The translations under genes and the position numbers were made by a program. Under the pieces are notes generated by a model that saw only the letters and a program-made list of their open reading frames with translations, ran no database searches and was not told the DNA's origin. From the NCBI RefSeq assembly GCF_028641065.1, contig NC_073407.1:13702001-13766000 (forward strand): a stretch of 64,000 nucleotides of DNA. The letters are read 5' to 3'. This document shows positions 36,901 to 50,134 of the stretch, one piece after another (within the stretch, counting starts at the first letter, position 1; the number at the start of each line of letters is the position of its first letter). This DNA comes from Leucoraja erinacea. Lineage: Eukaryota.

Positions 36901-38278
36901 CAGGGGCCTGAAACCCTTGACAGGATTAGGGTCAAGTCAAGATACTGGACCCAAGAGAGAGTAGTGACAGAGCCCAGGGGAAGGGTGAAGGGAAGGGCCT
37001 TGCTTGGGGAGAGGGGTGCACAGGGGGCACACAACCAGGGGGGTTGGCAGAACCCCAGAACCAAACGGAGGGGAATTGGGAAGGGTGGGCGACAGGACAG
37101 GGCCTGATGAGGTGGTGACTGGTCAGTAGGTGTTGTATGTGGTGCACTGCCAATGAATTATTTTCCATCTGGGGAGAGTTTGAACGTGTCGGGTAATATT
37201 CGCAGCATAACCTGTTTCCCCAAGTTGTTTTGCTTGCTGATCTGCATTGCTGCCACTTATGCAATGTTTTGCTTTATAAATGTTTATCATTGGAATTCCT
37301 CCATGGACTTGCTCCTTATCTTCGCTGCTATCTCTTGAAGCCCCTCATCTTCAACATATGTGCTCTTTTCCACTTCTCTCTTCTTGATAATCCAAATGTA
37401 ATCTAAAAGTAAAATACTGCATAGGCTAGAAATCTGAAACTAAACAGTTTGACCAAAGTCAGCAAACTGAAATGTTAGTAAAAACGAAACTGCCGGAGGA
37501 ACTCAGTGGGTCAGGCAGTACACAGAGAGTGAAATGGACAGGGCGCTTCGGGTTGAGAGTCTTCTTCAACTAAAATGTTAGCTTTGGTTCTTTCTTCATG
37601 ATTATTCCTTGACTGTTGGGTATTTAGGACATTTTTAATTGTAAATGTAATCATTTAATTTTTGGTCAATATGTCATCAGCCATCAAAGCCCTGAGTTGT
37701 GGAATTCCCTCCATAAATATTGGCTTTGTTTTCCTGTAATGCATTTGGTCGCGCTCCCAAATAACTTTAAATAGCTCAGAGTTAAATTAGTTTGATAACA
37801 TTGATGTAATTGACATTTGACGATTTCTTCTCATTAAAGGCCTAGTGTAATATTTATTATTGTTGTTCTGTCATTTTTGGCACCATGCTCCTGAGAGGAA
37901 AGTGTGAGTATGTGGGGCAGAGAGGATTAATGCTATCATAAAATATGTTATAACATTTTCTCTTTGCTTTGTACTCATGTGTGCGCAGTAATGGCCTGTT
38001 CACATCTCCTCTTCCTCAATTTTAACTGCCATACTGGGCATTTCAGCTTCCATCAAAATTTGGTGTTCTTTTGCAGCGTGACTTTGCTGAAATTCTTCAT
38101 TGTGCTTCTTTATGTACAGAAAGTAAAATATTAGAGAGGGTTTCTGTTTTTAGATGCTGGATAATTTCTGAGGAAGTCCTAAAGATGCTTTGTATTATCC
38201 TTCACTTGTACGAGATACCTCTGCCCACGATGCTGATTTTAATGTTTTCATCAGAGCACATGAGCTCAGAATGATACG

Positions 38279-38471
38279 ATGGAAAGCGGGGGCACCCCCC
38301 TGCTGCCAGACACCATTCTCCTCGAAGTGTTCCAGAACATGGAGCACCAGGATGTCCTCGCTGCTGGTGGCACCTGCAGGCAGTGGTACGGAGTGTCTCG
38401 TGACGATTTTCTGTGGAGGGATCTCTTCTATCGTTATTACAATGTGAATCGATCGATTCCCCGACATCCAG
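38279..38471 (+). CDS. FBXW5: FBXW5 first coding exon (F-box)
   Basis: MESGGTPLLPDTILLEVF...SRDDFLWRDLFYRYYNVNRSIPRHP; acceptor ends at 38254. Confidence 0.95.
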
Positions 38472-41400
38472 GTTAGTCTCCAAATCCTTTCCTGAACCTG
38501 CTCAAGAGTGATCACATTCTGAAGAATGTCATTATGTGCAAAGTGTTTTGGAGTTCTATAACGTTGCAACTTTTTTCTGAATTTTTTTGGAGAAATTGCT
38601 CGTATGATACCGTACAGAAATGGTTTCTTCAATCCAACCTGTCCATGCCGACCAATATGCCTATATAAACTAATCATATTTGCCGCTTTTGGCCCATTTC
38701 CCTCTAACCCTTTCCTATGCATGTACATGTCCAATATCTTTTAAACATTGAAATTTCATATTTCACTTGGGTAGTTTACACCCCAGTGGTATGAACATTG
38801 ACTTCTCTAACTTCAGATAGCCCTTGCTTTCTCTCTCCATCCCCTTCCCCTTCCCAGTTCTCCCACTAGACTTACAGTCTCCACCTACTTGCTATCTTTG
38901 TCCCGCCCCCTCCCCTGACATCAGGGTGAAGAAGGGTCTCGACCCAAAACGTCGCCCATTCCTTCTCTCCAGAGGTGCTGCCTCACCCGCTGAGTTACTC
39001 CAACATTTTGTGTCTACCTTTGAAATTAATTAGCTACTTTTCCGTTCACCAAATTAGTCGGGCCCTATTAAATACTGAGTTGCTATCATGACCCCATGTC
39101 TCACTCAGGACTGATTAATCTCAGAGAGAGTGCCATGCATATTCTCCAGAATTATACCAAATGGATGATGATGGATTAACTTACATTAACTTTTTCAGTT
39201 ACAGTATTTACACTTTTTAGAATAACTAGTGCTTACTGTATAAAGTGGACAAAGCAGTGGCAGAGGGGTTAAAACACAGGCTACAATCATGTCAGTTGAA
39301 AAGTCTGTTTTAAAAATAGGAAGTGACATGTGAAGCCTTCCACATATAATGTCATTGGTTTATTACCGTCACGTGTTGAGATACAGTGAAAAACGTAGTT
39401 GGTGTGTTATCCTGTCAAATCATACCATACATGAGTACAATCAAGCCATACACAAGGCTTGAAAAGGGTAGTGCAAAGAAAAAAATACCAGAATGCAGAA
39501 TACAGTGTTATAGTGTTACAACTGCAGTGAAAGTGCAGATAACCACCAAGTGCAAGAGCCACAATAGTGTTGAGAAATCGAGTCTGCATCCTTGGCTTTA
39601 CAAGAGGTTTGATCAGTTGCCTAATTACAACAGGGAAGAAGCTGTTTCTGAACGATGTGGTACATGCTTTTAAACTTTTGTATCTTCTGCCCAACGAGAG
39701 AGGGGAGAAAACAATGGCCCCTGATTATGTTGGTTTCTTTCCCAAGGGAGTTGATGGGCTTGTTTGTATGATGGACGATTGAATCCAAAGCACTGCAATT
39801 TCTTGTGGACTTGGGCAGAGCAGTTGCCCAATCAAGCTGTGATACATCAGGTTGTGATGGTTTTTATGGTGCATCTATAAAAATTGCTAAATCTTTGGAG
39901 ACATTCAAAATTTCCTTAGACTTTTGAGAAAGTAGAGGCATATTTATTGTGCTTTCTTAGCTGTAGCATCAGTGTGTTGTTGATATTTATGCTGAGGAAC
40001 CTGAAGCTCTGAACTATCTCCAGTAAACGCCATTGATGTTGACTGGGCATGTACACTACCCCATTTCTTGAAGACAATGAGTAGCTCTTTCATTTTGCTG
40101 ACACTGAGGTCGTTGTGCTGACACTATGATACTAAATTCTCTATCTCCTTCATGTACTCCATTTCGTCGTTGTTCGTGATACTACCCATTACAGTGGTGT
40201 CTTCTTCAAATTTGGAAATTTAGCCGCACAGTTTGTGAATGTTTCTGGAGAATGCTAAGGGGCTGGGAAGACATTCCTGCAGAGCACCAGTGTTGAGAAT
40301 TATCAGAGAATGGTTTGTCACCGATCCTTACTGATTATTGTCGACAGGTCAAGAATTCAAGCACACAGTTAGTTGCAGGGGGTGAGAGAGGGAGGAAAAT
40401 TCCAAGGACCAAAAGCTTGGAGATGAGTTTGGTTGGCTTAAGGTAATGAAGGTGGAGCTATAGTTAATAAATAGGAGCTGACAAGCGTGTCCCTGTTGCG
40501 GAGATGAGTGTAGGGCTGGGGAGAAGGCATCTGCTCTAGATCTGATGCAGCGATAGGTGAATTGCAGTGAATCAAGGCTGTCTGGGATGCTGAAGTTAAG
40601 TCATGGTGAGAAATGTAGATTGAAATGAGCCGTCGTCATTGGTAAAGAAAGAGGCAAGTCCAGCATCAGGCAGAAATTCTAAGGGCAGATTATCATTGTA
40701 GTATTCCATAATTAATTGATCCATTTTCATTTCATGAAGAATTCTTCAAGGTATCTGTGCCATTTGACAGGGCTGTTTGGTGTTAAGTATTTAACAGTCA
40801 AAGGCAGTCCAGTTCCCTGGCACCCTGACATTGTTGCATAAGCCCACGTCTCGCCATCACTGCTGAGTTATTTGAACGCTCCTTTTCCAACTTATTGGAC
40901 CGTTACTGGATGACATACCCAGTTTGTAGCAAATTAAAGTTGTCTCAACGGTTAGATTCAGGGAACCAAGTAATGGCAAATGTTTCATCAAATTATGTTT
41001 ATCAAGACTTTACAAAGCTATGCCCAGGACAAGTTGACGCTGACATTTTGTGTCTTGTAGCTGCTTCTTCGTGGCTGGGCGAGTTCCAGAGGCTGTATGA
41101 TACAATTCCTTGTGTGCAAGTGGCAACTTTGAAGGAACATCGAGACCAGGTCTTGCACGTCAGCTTTTCTCATAATGGGTACTTCTTTAGCTCCTGCTCC
41201 AAGGATTGTTTTGTCAAGGTAAGAATGCACTTGCTCTGTGAGTCCTGCCTCTCACCCTTTGAGAGACCCTTCCCCATCGACTGGTCCTGGCTCCACCTGT
41301 TTCACCTCCCCACTGTCTACGACTAAGGTACCCATCTCACGCTCTCTCTCTCTTGCTCCGTCTGCCAATGGTCCTATCTCTTTTTCTCTCCAACCCTCCC

Positions 41401-44400
41401 AACACTTTCACCCCTCCCCCCCAAAGCCCCCGGCTCTCCCTTGATTTTTGTCAGAACCCATTTTCCTGATCACTTTATTTTTGTCCATCACCGAAGGTTG
41501 ATTGATCAAAAGAAAGTTTCTCCATTGTATTATCCTACCTATTCATCCTTTAATGGTGTCCATCATCAAGAATTTATGGTGGACATATACTTTAGTCCAG
41601 TAATAATCTGTGTGGTATACCAATGGCTATAAGTTGACATCTATGGTGGAAGGCTTTTATTGAAATATATTTAGAAGCCTCTGAAGATCCAAGTTAATTC
41701 TGCTTTTTCTTCTTTATTGGTTCCTGGGTTGTGAATGTCAATGGTAGGTTTCACATTTCTGGCCCTCCCCCTCTTGCTGCTGTCATTGAGCTATTTCAAG
41801 GAGTAGTTGAGAGTCAATAATACTGTGGTGTGCCTTGGCCACACAGAAACCATATACTGTATTCCCTTCCCTGAGAGATGTTAGCATACTAGATGGGTGT
41901 GTAAAAACCTAATTGTTTCATAATCCCTATTAATAATGCTAGCTTTTAATTTCTAATGTATTTAATTGAAATCCCTAGTGCACATGCAAGCTTAAAACTC
42001 AATACCAACTTGGTCTCGATGCCACCGGACCCCACTGGTCCATTATGCTGCTTTGCAGGAACTCTTTCTATTACTGTGTATCTTCAAAATGTTGTTCACT
42101 TTTTTTTTCAGATATGGAACAATGATTTGGAAATTTCAGTGTTACACAGTGCTAATATGCGCCCCTACAATTGGAGCTACACCCAGTTTTCCCAATTCAA
42201 TACTGAAGATACACTCCTCCTTGTATCTGGGGTCTATATTGGACCTCACAGCTCATCCTCTGGTGAAATCGCAGTCTTCAATCTAGGTAGCTAATATATA
42301 TATTTTAATTACCTCTTAATCTCAAAACCAAAAGGAATGCAATCCAGGTTTTTGGCACCAATCCTCATGATTTAACTGTCTTGGCTCTGATTTAGAATCA
42401 GAACAATGGATAGAACCAACTAGGGCAGTGGATGAGAAGAGAAACAGAACAGGAACTGGCTCTGAGAATTAGATACTCAGCTATGCATTGGTGAGAAGAG
42501 GATGTTACTGCATTACACAGGTCCTGTACTCGTGGGTAGAAGTCTTTCGTTGTACAATTGGGATTCAGTGCCAATGGGTATAAAGTTGTTGCTGTATAAT
42601 GCTATTCATGTTATGGAGAGTATGGGTATAAGACTATACTGCAATTCAAGATGCTCGCTGTTTTCACCATAATTTAGAAATAGACGCATTGCAGATAAAA
42701 CCAGTATTGTTGATTATTAAAATGCCGTGGCATCACCTTGAATTGCTTCTGACCATTGGATGACAGTATTCTCAAAGCACTGTTCAGTCTTGAGTTCCAA
42801 AGCAAGAAACAATGAGGAAATGGGCAATATATTTCCAGGTCAGCGTGGTATATGGCTTAGAGGGAAACCCGCAGGTTTGTGGTGTTCCGATGTGCTTTCT
42901 GCCCATAACTTACTTTGTTGGAGAGGTCGCAGGTTTGGGAGGTGCAGTCAGAGTGGCATAGATACCGTGCACTCTGTGGTGGTGACTGACTGTTCAGGAG
43001 TTGGATGAGAAGCCAGTCAAACAGCTGCTTGGTACTGATTGATATTGAATCTCTTGTGAATCTCTGAAGCTGCACTCATTCAGGCCAGTGGAGAGTGTCC
43101 CAGCACACTCCCGATTTATGCCTTCTGCATGTGGAAAGGCCCAGGGGTGTTAGGAGGTGAGTCACTTACCTCAGGATATCCAGTGCATGTTGTTTATCTG
43201 GCTGGTCCAGTTAGCCTTTTGTCCAGTGACAACCCCCCAATATGTTATTGGTCGGGGAGTCAATATTGGTAATGCCTTTAAATGTCAAGGATGGTAGTAA
43301 ATCGTGAACATCTTGAAAACTGACAATAGTTATTCACATCCACATTATATCATCCTGTGTCATTAGGAAATACATTTAACGGCAAAGTAAAATAGCATTT
43401 GAAGAAAAATGGATGAATAAATTAATTGCTGTATGGTGTTACGATTTGGACTGCACTGCATGAGAAGTGTTGGAAGCACGTTCAAAAGTAACATTCAAAT
43501 AAGAATTGGATACATTAAAAAAAAAATGTTAAGCTAAAGGGGAATGATCTGGGAGTGCAGTTGGACAACTGTTATGAACAGCCCCATTTTGTGGGGTATA
43601 ATTGTATAATTTACTGAATGCTGTATGTTCAACACACGCCCATTAATCCTGCCGTTGCTCTCTCCTTCCAGATGACTTCACATTGCTATCCCGAGTGAGG
43701 AATAAACCCTACGATGTCTTTGGCTGTTGGTTAAATGAAACGCATTTAATCTCTGGGAATCTGCACTGGATTGGGAACATGACATCTTGCTCAGTGCTCT
43801 GGTTAAACAAAGCCTATCAGGTGAATACACACCAGTTCTTGCCCCCCATTAACATCTGAAACTAGTCCTTGAGCCAAAATAGATATACTGGGGCATAGTG
43901 CACTCTGTGTTTCTGCTGCTGGACATGGGAGTCTACAGATGATGAGTGAGAGAGAAAATGGGACGATCGCGAGGGTATACCATACAACAGTGATTCTCAC
44001 TGCTGAGAATCAGTCAATTATTTTCTGAAGGCTGTTGTAGTTCCCTCTGTCTAATTCACCTCTGCCCCTCGGTTATGTAACATACTCTCACAGCTCCATT
44101 CATTGTTGTTCTTGCCCTACCATCCGTCAATCTCTGCACCACCTCCCCATACTATCACAACAACTTCACCTCTGGGTATCTGTGTAGTAGCTGCTGATTC
44201 ACAGCTCCAGTGATCCAGATCCAGTTTCAATCCTATTTCCTTCCACAGATGCTACCCGATCTGCTGAGTTCCTCCAGCTGTTTGTTTTTTTTTTACCCTG
44301 ATTACAACAACCTAGACAGTGTCTGGAATATTGCATATGGGTCTCTGATCATACTGCTATATTTGCGACGTAGGGAGCATGTTTCAAATTCATCATAATT

Positions 44401-47400
44401 CCTGGAAATTGGTGGGGGGGCGGTGTTGTGTCGAGGTGAGATTAAGCAGGCTGGTCTATAATCTTGAGTTAAAAGAACGAGAGATGAGCTCATTGAAATT
44501 TACCAAGTTGTTACTGGCCGCCCTCTTTTCGTGTCCATCTTGTTACAAATGTTGACCTCGCTGTCATCGTCAGTCCTGGAAAGGACGCAAGCTTCGGGCG
44601 ACAATCAGTGGAAGCCATCACTTGTCGCAACAGATGATGGTGGTAGCAGAATTAGCTCAGGATACTTCCAGTTTCCAGCCTCGCGACGTGGATGCTTCTG
44701 CTATGGGGCCATTACTGGCCTTGAACAGGGTAGATAATGTTTCTCCTGGCTAGGGTCTAAAACCAGCTGTTGTCTCAAAATAAGGCGTTGGCCATGTCAG
44801 GAAGGAGCTGAGATTAAATTACTCATACTTACTTGCTAGGTACGTTCAAATCAGAGAGTGATGTTTTTTTTAAATTTTATAATAATGGGGATAATGCAGA
44901 AGAATGGCACTGAGGAAAAAAAGGTCAAACATGACTTATTGAACGATGGGGCATTCTTGTTTTTTTCACTGTTATCCATTCACTGACTACTCTTTTAGCC
45001 CTCAGCCTCTCCACGTCATAGTTTACTGTGATAACCTGCAGGCCAGTCCAGATGAAGGGCCCCCGCCCAAAACTGCTTCCATCCATTTCCCGACACAAAC
45101 GCTGCCTGACCCGCTGAGCTTCTCCAGCAATTTATTTTTTGCTCCAGATTTCCGCATCTGCAGTCTCGTGCCCCTAAGACTCTGCTCCTGTCTCGTAGAA
45201 AGGTCAACTTCTCAACCCGAACCACTACAACCCTCCTCTGTCTCTTTAAACTTGATCCTCCCCTTTGCTTGTTCATAAACTGTTAAATCTCCATTAGCTT
45301 CCTGTTCTGCTGAGAGATTACTGACATTAGATTAAGCTCATTTTCTGCCCCGAACGTGTTAGGCAGCATTTCATTTCAAATGTTCGGGTGTCACTGTGGT
45401 ATTCCCTAGCTGGATGTGTATTTAAGTAGCAGTCGTTGTGTTTTATCATGTTGAACAATTCAGTCCCACTCTCTCCCTGCTAGGATATTGAATCAGAAAA
45501 TATAAATGTGGTGAAGAGACTGTTCCAGCTGCAGAATCGCAATGCCAGCACCATTCGCACAGTGATGGTGGCGGACTGCAGCAGACACGACACTCCAGAC
45601 CTTCTGCTGGGCCTCGAGCAGCCAGGACTCAATTCATCCCCCTGGGTGTTTAACCTGGGCAGCGACAGCGAGGACGAATGTTGCAACAAACCGAAGCACG
45701 CCAGCGAGAGTGCGAATGAGGCAATGGCCGGAGTTCAGGATCGTGCAGAGCTGGAGGCAAACATGCCCTCTGAAGGTCTCCAGCCCCTGATGAGTGAGAA
45801 GCAGTTGGAGGCACGAGTGGCGGAACTTTTTCTGCAGGCCAAGACGAAACCTGTGGACGTAAACATACTGGCAGAACATCAGGCAGATCAAAAAAAATAC
45901 TTGATCTTCACCACAGGAAGCCTTACCTACACACCACATCAGATAGGTAAGTTCCAGGTGCCCCACCAGTACCAAGACAAGGCCGATCCTATCACAATTA
46001 TTCAGCAGTGGTGTTGTCAATCTTATAGGATCTTGTAAACTATTGAAATTTCTATAACAACTAAAGAAGTGATTACGTGTTTAAGAAGGAACTGCAGATG
46101 CTGGAAAATCGAAGGTACACAAAAATACTGGAGAAACTCAGCAGGTGCAGCAGCATCAATGGAGCGAAGGAAATAGGCAACGTTTCGGCCCAAAACGTTG
46201 CCTCTTTCCTTCGCTCCATAGATGCTGCTGCACCCGCTAAGTTTCTCCAGCATTTTTGTGTAACTAAAGAAGTGATATGTTTGTTGCAACTAATGAGGTT
46301 TGGAGAGGATTCAATTAAAATTGATATTCGCATATTAAAAGCTTGAGGAAAGAAAAGGGAGTTGTTAAGGAGTGCATTAAGGAAATTAGGGAGGTTTGAG
46401 GTGGTGAAGCCAGAGTTTAGGGCCTTGGCAGTGAAGGCACAGCTACCGCTGGTGGAACAATTGTAGTGGAAGGTGTTCTGGAGGGCAGAAATGGATCAAG
46501 ATTTTCTGTTAATCCAAGTGCTCTTTCTTCCGTATGATTTATTGAAGTTCGATAACTCCAGTCTCTCCATCTACACGTAATGTTCGTAATGATGTAATCA
46601 TGGAGAAAGTTGATCCTTATGAAGCCTGGTAAATAAAATTTGCATCGTTATCAAGCAGGACTTGTTCATAGAATGCTTTAATTATAATTTTCTAGAATTA
46701 ACCTTTTGAAGGAGCAACCAGGGACAGTTGTTTAAGAAAGAACTGCAGATGCTGGAAAAATCGAAGGTAGACGAAAGTGTTGGAGAAACTCAGCGGGTGA
46801 GGCAGCATCTATGGAGCGAAGGAATAGGTGACGCTTCGGGTCACCTATTCCTTCGCTCCATTGATGCTGCCTCACCCGCTGAGTTTCTCCAGCACTTTTG
46901 TCTACCTTCAACCAGGGACAGTGTTCTTTTAGATATAGTATGGTGCAATGTAAAGAAAGGGACCTTTGATGGAGTAAGGGGTGAAAGGGATAAGGCCAGA
47001 GAAAAATACATACAAGAAGCTGGAAATTAGCAGGCACATTAAGATGGAACTTTATGGGACATACATGAAAGAAAATGTGCTTTTTAATTCTTGACATTTG
47101 TAACCCTCTGAATATAATTGCAGGCATTAAGCAAATATTGCCTCATCACATGGAAACAACAGGACCAGTTTTGGGGGAAGAACGGAGCTCCAATGAGTTC
47201 TTCGATCCTCTGGATCACACGATTGATGTCCACGGTCACATCATTGGGATGGGTCTGTCTCCAGACCACAGGTCAGTCCCTCGATCAGTCTGCACCATGG
47301 TTAGCCAGGTCCCAGTCTCCGATTGCCGGGAGTCGTGCCCAGCATCTGGGGAGCTGGACACGACTCAGCTCACGGGCGTTAGTACAACTGTCATAGATCT

Positions 47401-49594
47401 GATAGTGGACTATGCTGCCTTTCAGGTACTTGTATGTAAACAGTCGTGCCTGGCCCAAGGGCTGCATCATCAGTGACCCCATGAACCCTCCACCCATTGC
47501 TGAGGAGATTGATATCCATGTATTTGATCTGAAGACGATGCAGGAAGTAACACAGACTCTGCGTGCACACACAGCATACACTCCCAACGACGAGTGCTTC
47601 TTTATCTTCTTGGACGTCAGCAGGGATTACGTGGCCAGGTAAAGAACTGGATTCCTTTCAATCCTCGTCATCTACTGTGTGTAGTTCCTGTTAGGTCTCC
47701 AATCAAGCTGCAGGAAGGACCAGAATCACACCTTAGCTGGATCATGGCCACGTATCCAGATATGGTTAGTCTCTGCAGGGTCAATCTGGAGCATGCTGAT
47801 TTGGGGTCAGTATGTATCCAAAAAGGAACTGCTATTAAACTTACTGGGAGGGGATTGAGATTGATAACACTTCAAGGAGATGCGAAAAAAATTAAACTGC
47901 CTTCGAGAGTAGTGTCAGTATTCTTTAACCTCACTATGTTTCACATTTCCAGTAGACTTTATCTTGGAGAGGTCCAGCAGACATTAGATTTGTGGGGGGT
48001 ATTGAAGGAGCAGGAGATGGGGTAAACAACTCCTAAGATTTGTATGTAGGATTCTCTGACAATTTGGGTCAAATGTTAAAAGAACCATGTTTGGAGCAAT
48101 CTCCTGATGGTTTGAATTCAGTATTGAGCGTATCGGGAACATTCCATGATAGGTAGACTCTTTGTCTGAGAACATGGTCTGTGATGGATTGGATTTTGCC
48201 GGGAATGATCCATGCCATGCTTGATTCTAGGTATGGGGAAGGGTGTGTGATGCTGGGTGATTAGATGGAGACATAATTGCAGATGCTGGAAACGTGAGCA
48301 AAGCCAGATGTACTGGAGGAACTCAATGGATTAGGCAGCGTCTGTGGAAGGAATGGGCAACACTTTTAGTATCTGCACGGTTCGGGATGGGAATGGGGCA
48401 AAAACTGGCAATTGATAAATAGATGCAGGTGAGGGAAGCAATAGGTAGATGAGTGGTAATAAGAAAGGATGGAAATGAAATGGAGACAAAAAGGTGCCAG
48501 ATAAGAACGAAAGAGGAGGAATTATATGCAAAGTCGGATTGAGGGACAGTGAGTGGAAGTGAACTGGGGGATAAAATAAAATGGGGGGTGAGGGGTTCAG
48601 ATTAAAATGGGGGTGGGAAATGAATGAAAAGACCCAAAGCATGGCCTATCCATTCCCTCCCAGTTGCTGCCTGACCCACTGAGTTCCTCCAGCACTTTGA
48701 GTTTTGCTGAGAAATTAGATAACAGGTTGTGCTCTGCACATAATTGGTATTAGTTTATTATTATCACATGTACTGAAATAAAATGAAAAGTTTTGTATGC
48801 ATGCTATCCAGTCAAATCATATTACTTGAGTACAATCAGGCCATATAGAAGTACAACAGGTAGTGTTGAACAGGAAAGAGAAAAAATACCAGAGTGCTGG
48901 AATAATGGTGGAAGTTCTGTAATCCCCATTAGACAAGGTTTATGGCAGATTGGATACTGCATGGGCAAGTTATACAAAACTAATGCCATGCCAAAAGGTT
49001 GGTTAGGGAGGGTGGGGTAAAGAGGTCGATAGCATTCGAAGGATTGGGTTCCATAGGGAGGGCAGTCCTTGATCAAGCGGGCCATGATAAATTGTACCCT
49101 CTTTGGGAAGGTTTACGATTGGATCCCGTACTGGGAAAAGTCAGAGATGGGATGATTGATGTACTGGGGATGCGTGCGCTAGTGAATGTGTTTTACAGTA
49201 GAATCCTAGGTGTACAATTCATGATAAGCTGGACGTGCAATGATTGCATGTCAAAGGCTTGTGTTTGATGGGGCTTCTGTGAGGGATTAAAGTGAAAAAT
49301 TGTGAGCTCAATGTGGCTTCTGGTGGTTTACTGTCTTCATGTGCATCTCCCACTAGTGGTGCTGAGGACCGGCATGGCTACATTTGGGACAGGCACTACA
49401 ACATCTGCCTGGCAAAGTTACAGCATGAGGATGTGGTAAACTCTGTGGCCTTCAGCCCTATGGACCAGGAGATGCTGATCACAGCCAGCGATGACTGCAC
49501 ATTGAAGGTCTGGCGCTCACCCCGCGTCCTGCGTATCATCAACACCAAGCCCAGTCGGAAGAAATTCTCCTTTTTTTGGCTCAATAAAAAGTGA
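38279..49594 (+). CDS. FBXW5: F-box/WD repeat-containing protein 5, 8 coding exons, 578 aa
   Basis: Exons (+): 38279-38471, 41061-41218, 42112-42286, 43672-43820, 45484-45946, 47124-47271, 47426-47638, 49357-49594; total 1737 nt; N-terminal F-box, WD40 repeats, all GT-AG. Confidence 0.96.
38756..39019 (+). mobile_element. Penelope-like element 3' end (GIY-YIG C-terminus, CT-rich tract, minimal hammerhead core, tail)
   Basis: IFHLGSLHPSGMNIDFSNFR* then TGAAGAAGGGTCTCGACCCAAAACGTC; flanked by TTGAAATT direct repeats (38748-38755, 39020-39027). Confidence 0.75.
39345..40620 (-). mobile_element. Rex1/Babar-type LINE remnant
   Basis: GRRYKSLKACTTSFRNSFFP C-terminal motif on - strand plus 3' tail. 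Confidence 0.65.
41061..41218 (+). CDS. FBXW5: FBXW5 exon
   Basis: ASSWLGEFQRLYDTIPCVQVATLKEHRDQVLHVSFSHNGYFFSSCSKDCFVK. Confidence 0.95.
42112..42286 (+). CDS. FBXW5: FBXW5 exon
   Basis: IWNNDLEISVLHSANMRPYNWSYTQFSQFN...SGEIAVFNL. Confidence 0.95.
43672..43820 (+). CDS. FBXW5: FBXW5 exon
   Basis: DFTLLSRVRNKPYDVFGCWLNETHLISGNLHWIGNMTSCSVLWLNKAYQ. Confidence 0.95.
45484..45946 (+). CDS. FBXW5: FBXW5 exon
   Basis: DIESENINVVKRLFQLQNRNASTIRTVMVADCSR...KYLIFTTGSLTYTPHQI. Confidence 0.95.
46074..46261. mobile_element. Fold-back Penelope-derived element
   Basis: About 70-bp inverted arms; 15-bp TSD AACTAAAGAAGTGAT (46059-46073, 46262-46276). Confidence 0.75.
46729..46908. mobile_element. Fold-back Penelope-derived element
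   Basis: Inverted arms about ATAGGTGAC-GCTTCGG-GTCACCTAT; 14-bp TSD CAACCAGGGACAGT on both sides. Confidence 0.75.
47124..47271 (+). CDS. FBXW5: FBXW5 exon
   Basis: GIKQILPHHMETTGPVLGEERSSNEFFDPLDHTIDVHGHIIGMGLSPDH. Confidence 0.95.
47426..47638 (+). CDS. FBXW5: FBXW5 exon
   Basis: YLYVNSRAWPKGCIISDPMNPPPIAEEIDIHVFDLKTMQEV...FFIFLDVSRDYVA. Confidence 0.95.
49357..49594 (+). CDS. FBXW5: FBXW5 last coding exon
   Basis: GAEDRHGYIWDRHYNICLAKLQHEDVVNSVAFSP...FFWLNKK*. Confidence 0.95.
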
Positions 49595-50128
49595 CCAGTG
49601 AATGGACAGGCAGAGAGGGGCTGTGAGGATGGTGGGTAGAGAAGAGCTGCCTGTGAATACCCAACATCTGATTCTGCTCAGCCCATCCAAATGACTTCAA
49701 ACCTTCAGGAAATTGGTGCAAAGGGGAGAATAAGAAAATTCATTGAGTTTTATTCATTATCCTCCAAGTTGCTCAAGTACGCAAGTATGGTACTAGTCAA
49801 TCGGCGTTGAATGAATCTGAAGACAAGTGCTTCTCACAAACTACATCTGGACATTAACTTAATTTGCACGTCATCACAAATCAGCAGATGGTCCTTGCCA
49901 GCTGTTCTTCCTGAACTGGTGCCAGAACAAGGGTTCCTGTTCCCATAACAGCCTTACAGGTGGGGCCCACGGCCAAACTAATTTGGTAGTTTGAAGAATA
50001 ACCGAACAAACCCAATTCTCCAGGGCTGAAACCCTGCATTTAAAGCTGGGGTTGTCTTCTTGATGTTGTAATCTTAATATAAAATGTACACTTGTTTGTT
50101 CATTCTAATTCCAGAATGTTCTCTACAC

Positions 50129-50134
50129 AATAAA
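50129..50134 (+). terminator. Putative FBXW5 polyadenylation signal
   Basis: AATAAA about 535 nt after the stop codon, followed by a GT-rich tract (ggtgtttctg). Confidence 0.55.

Noticed and set aside
36290-37107. Pro/Arg/Gly-rich ORFs in the CpG island (also 4571-5154)
   Set aside because: Expected from high GC content; no recognisable domains.
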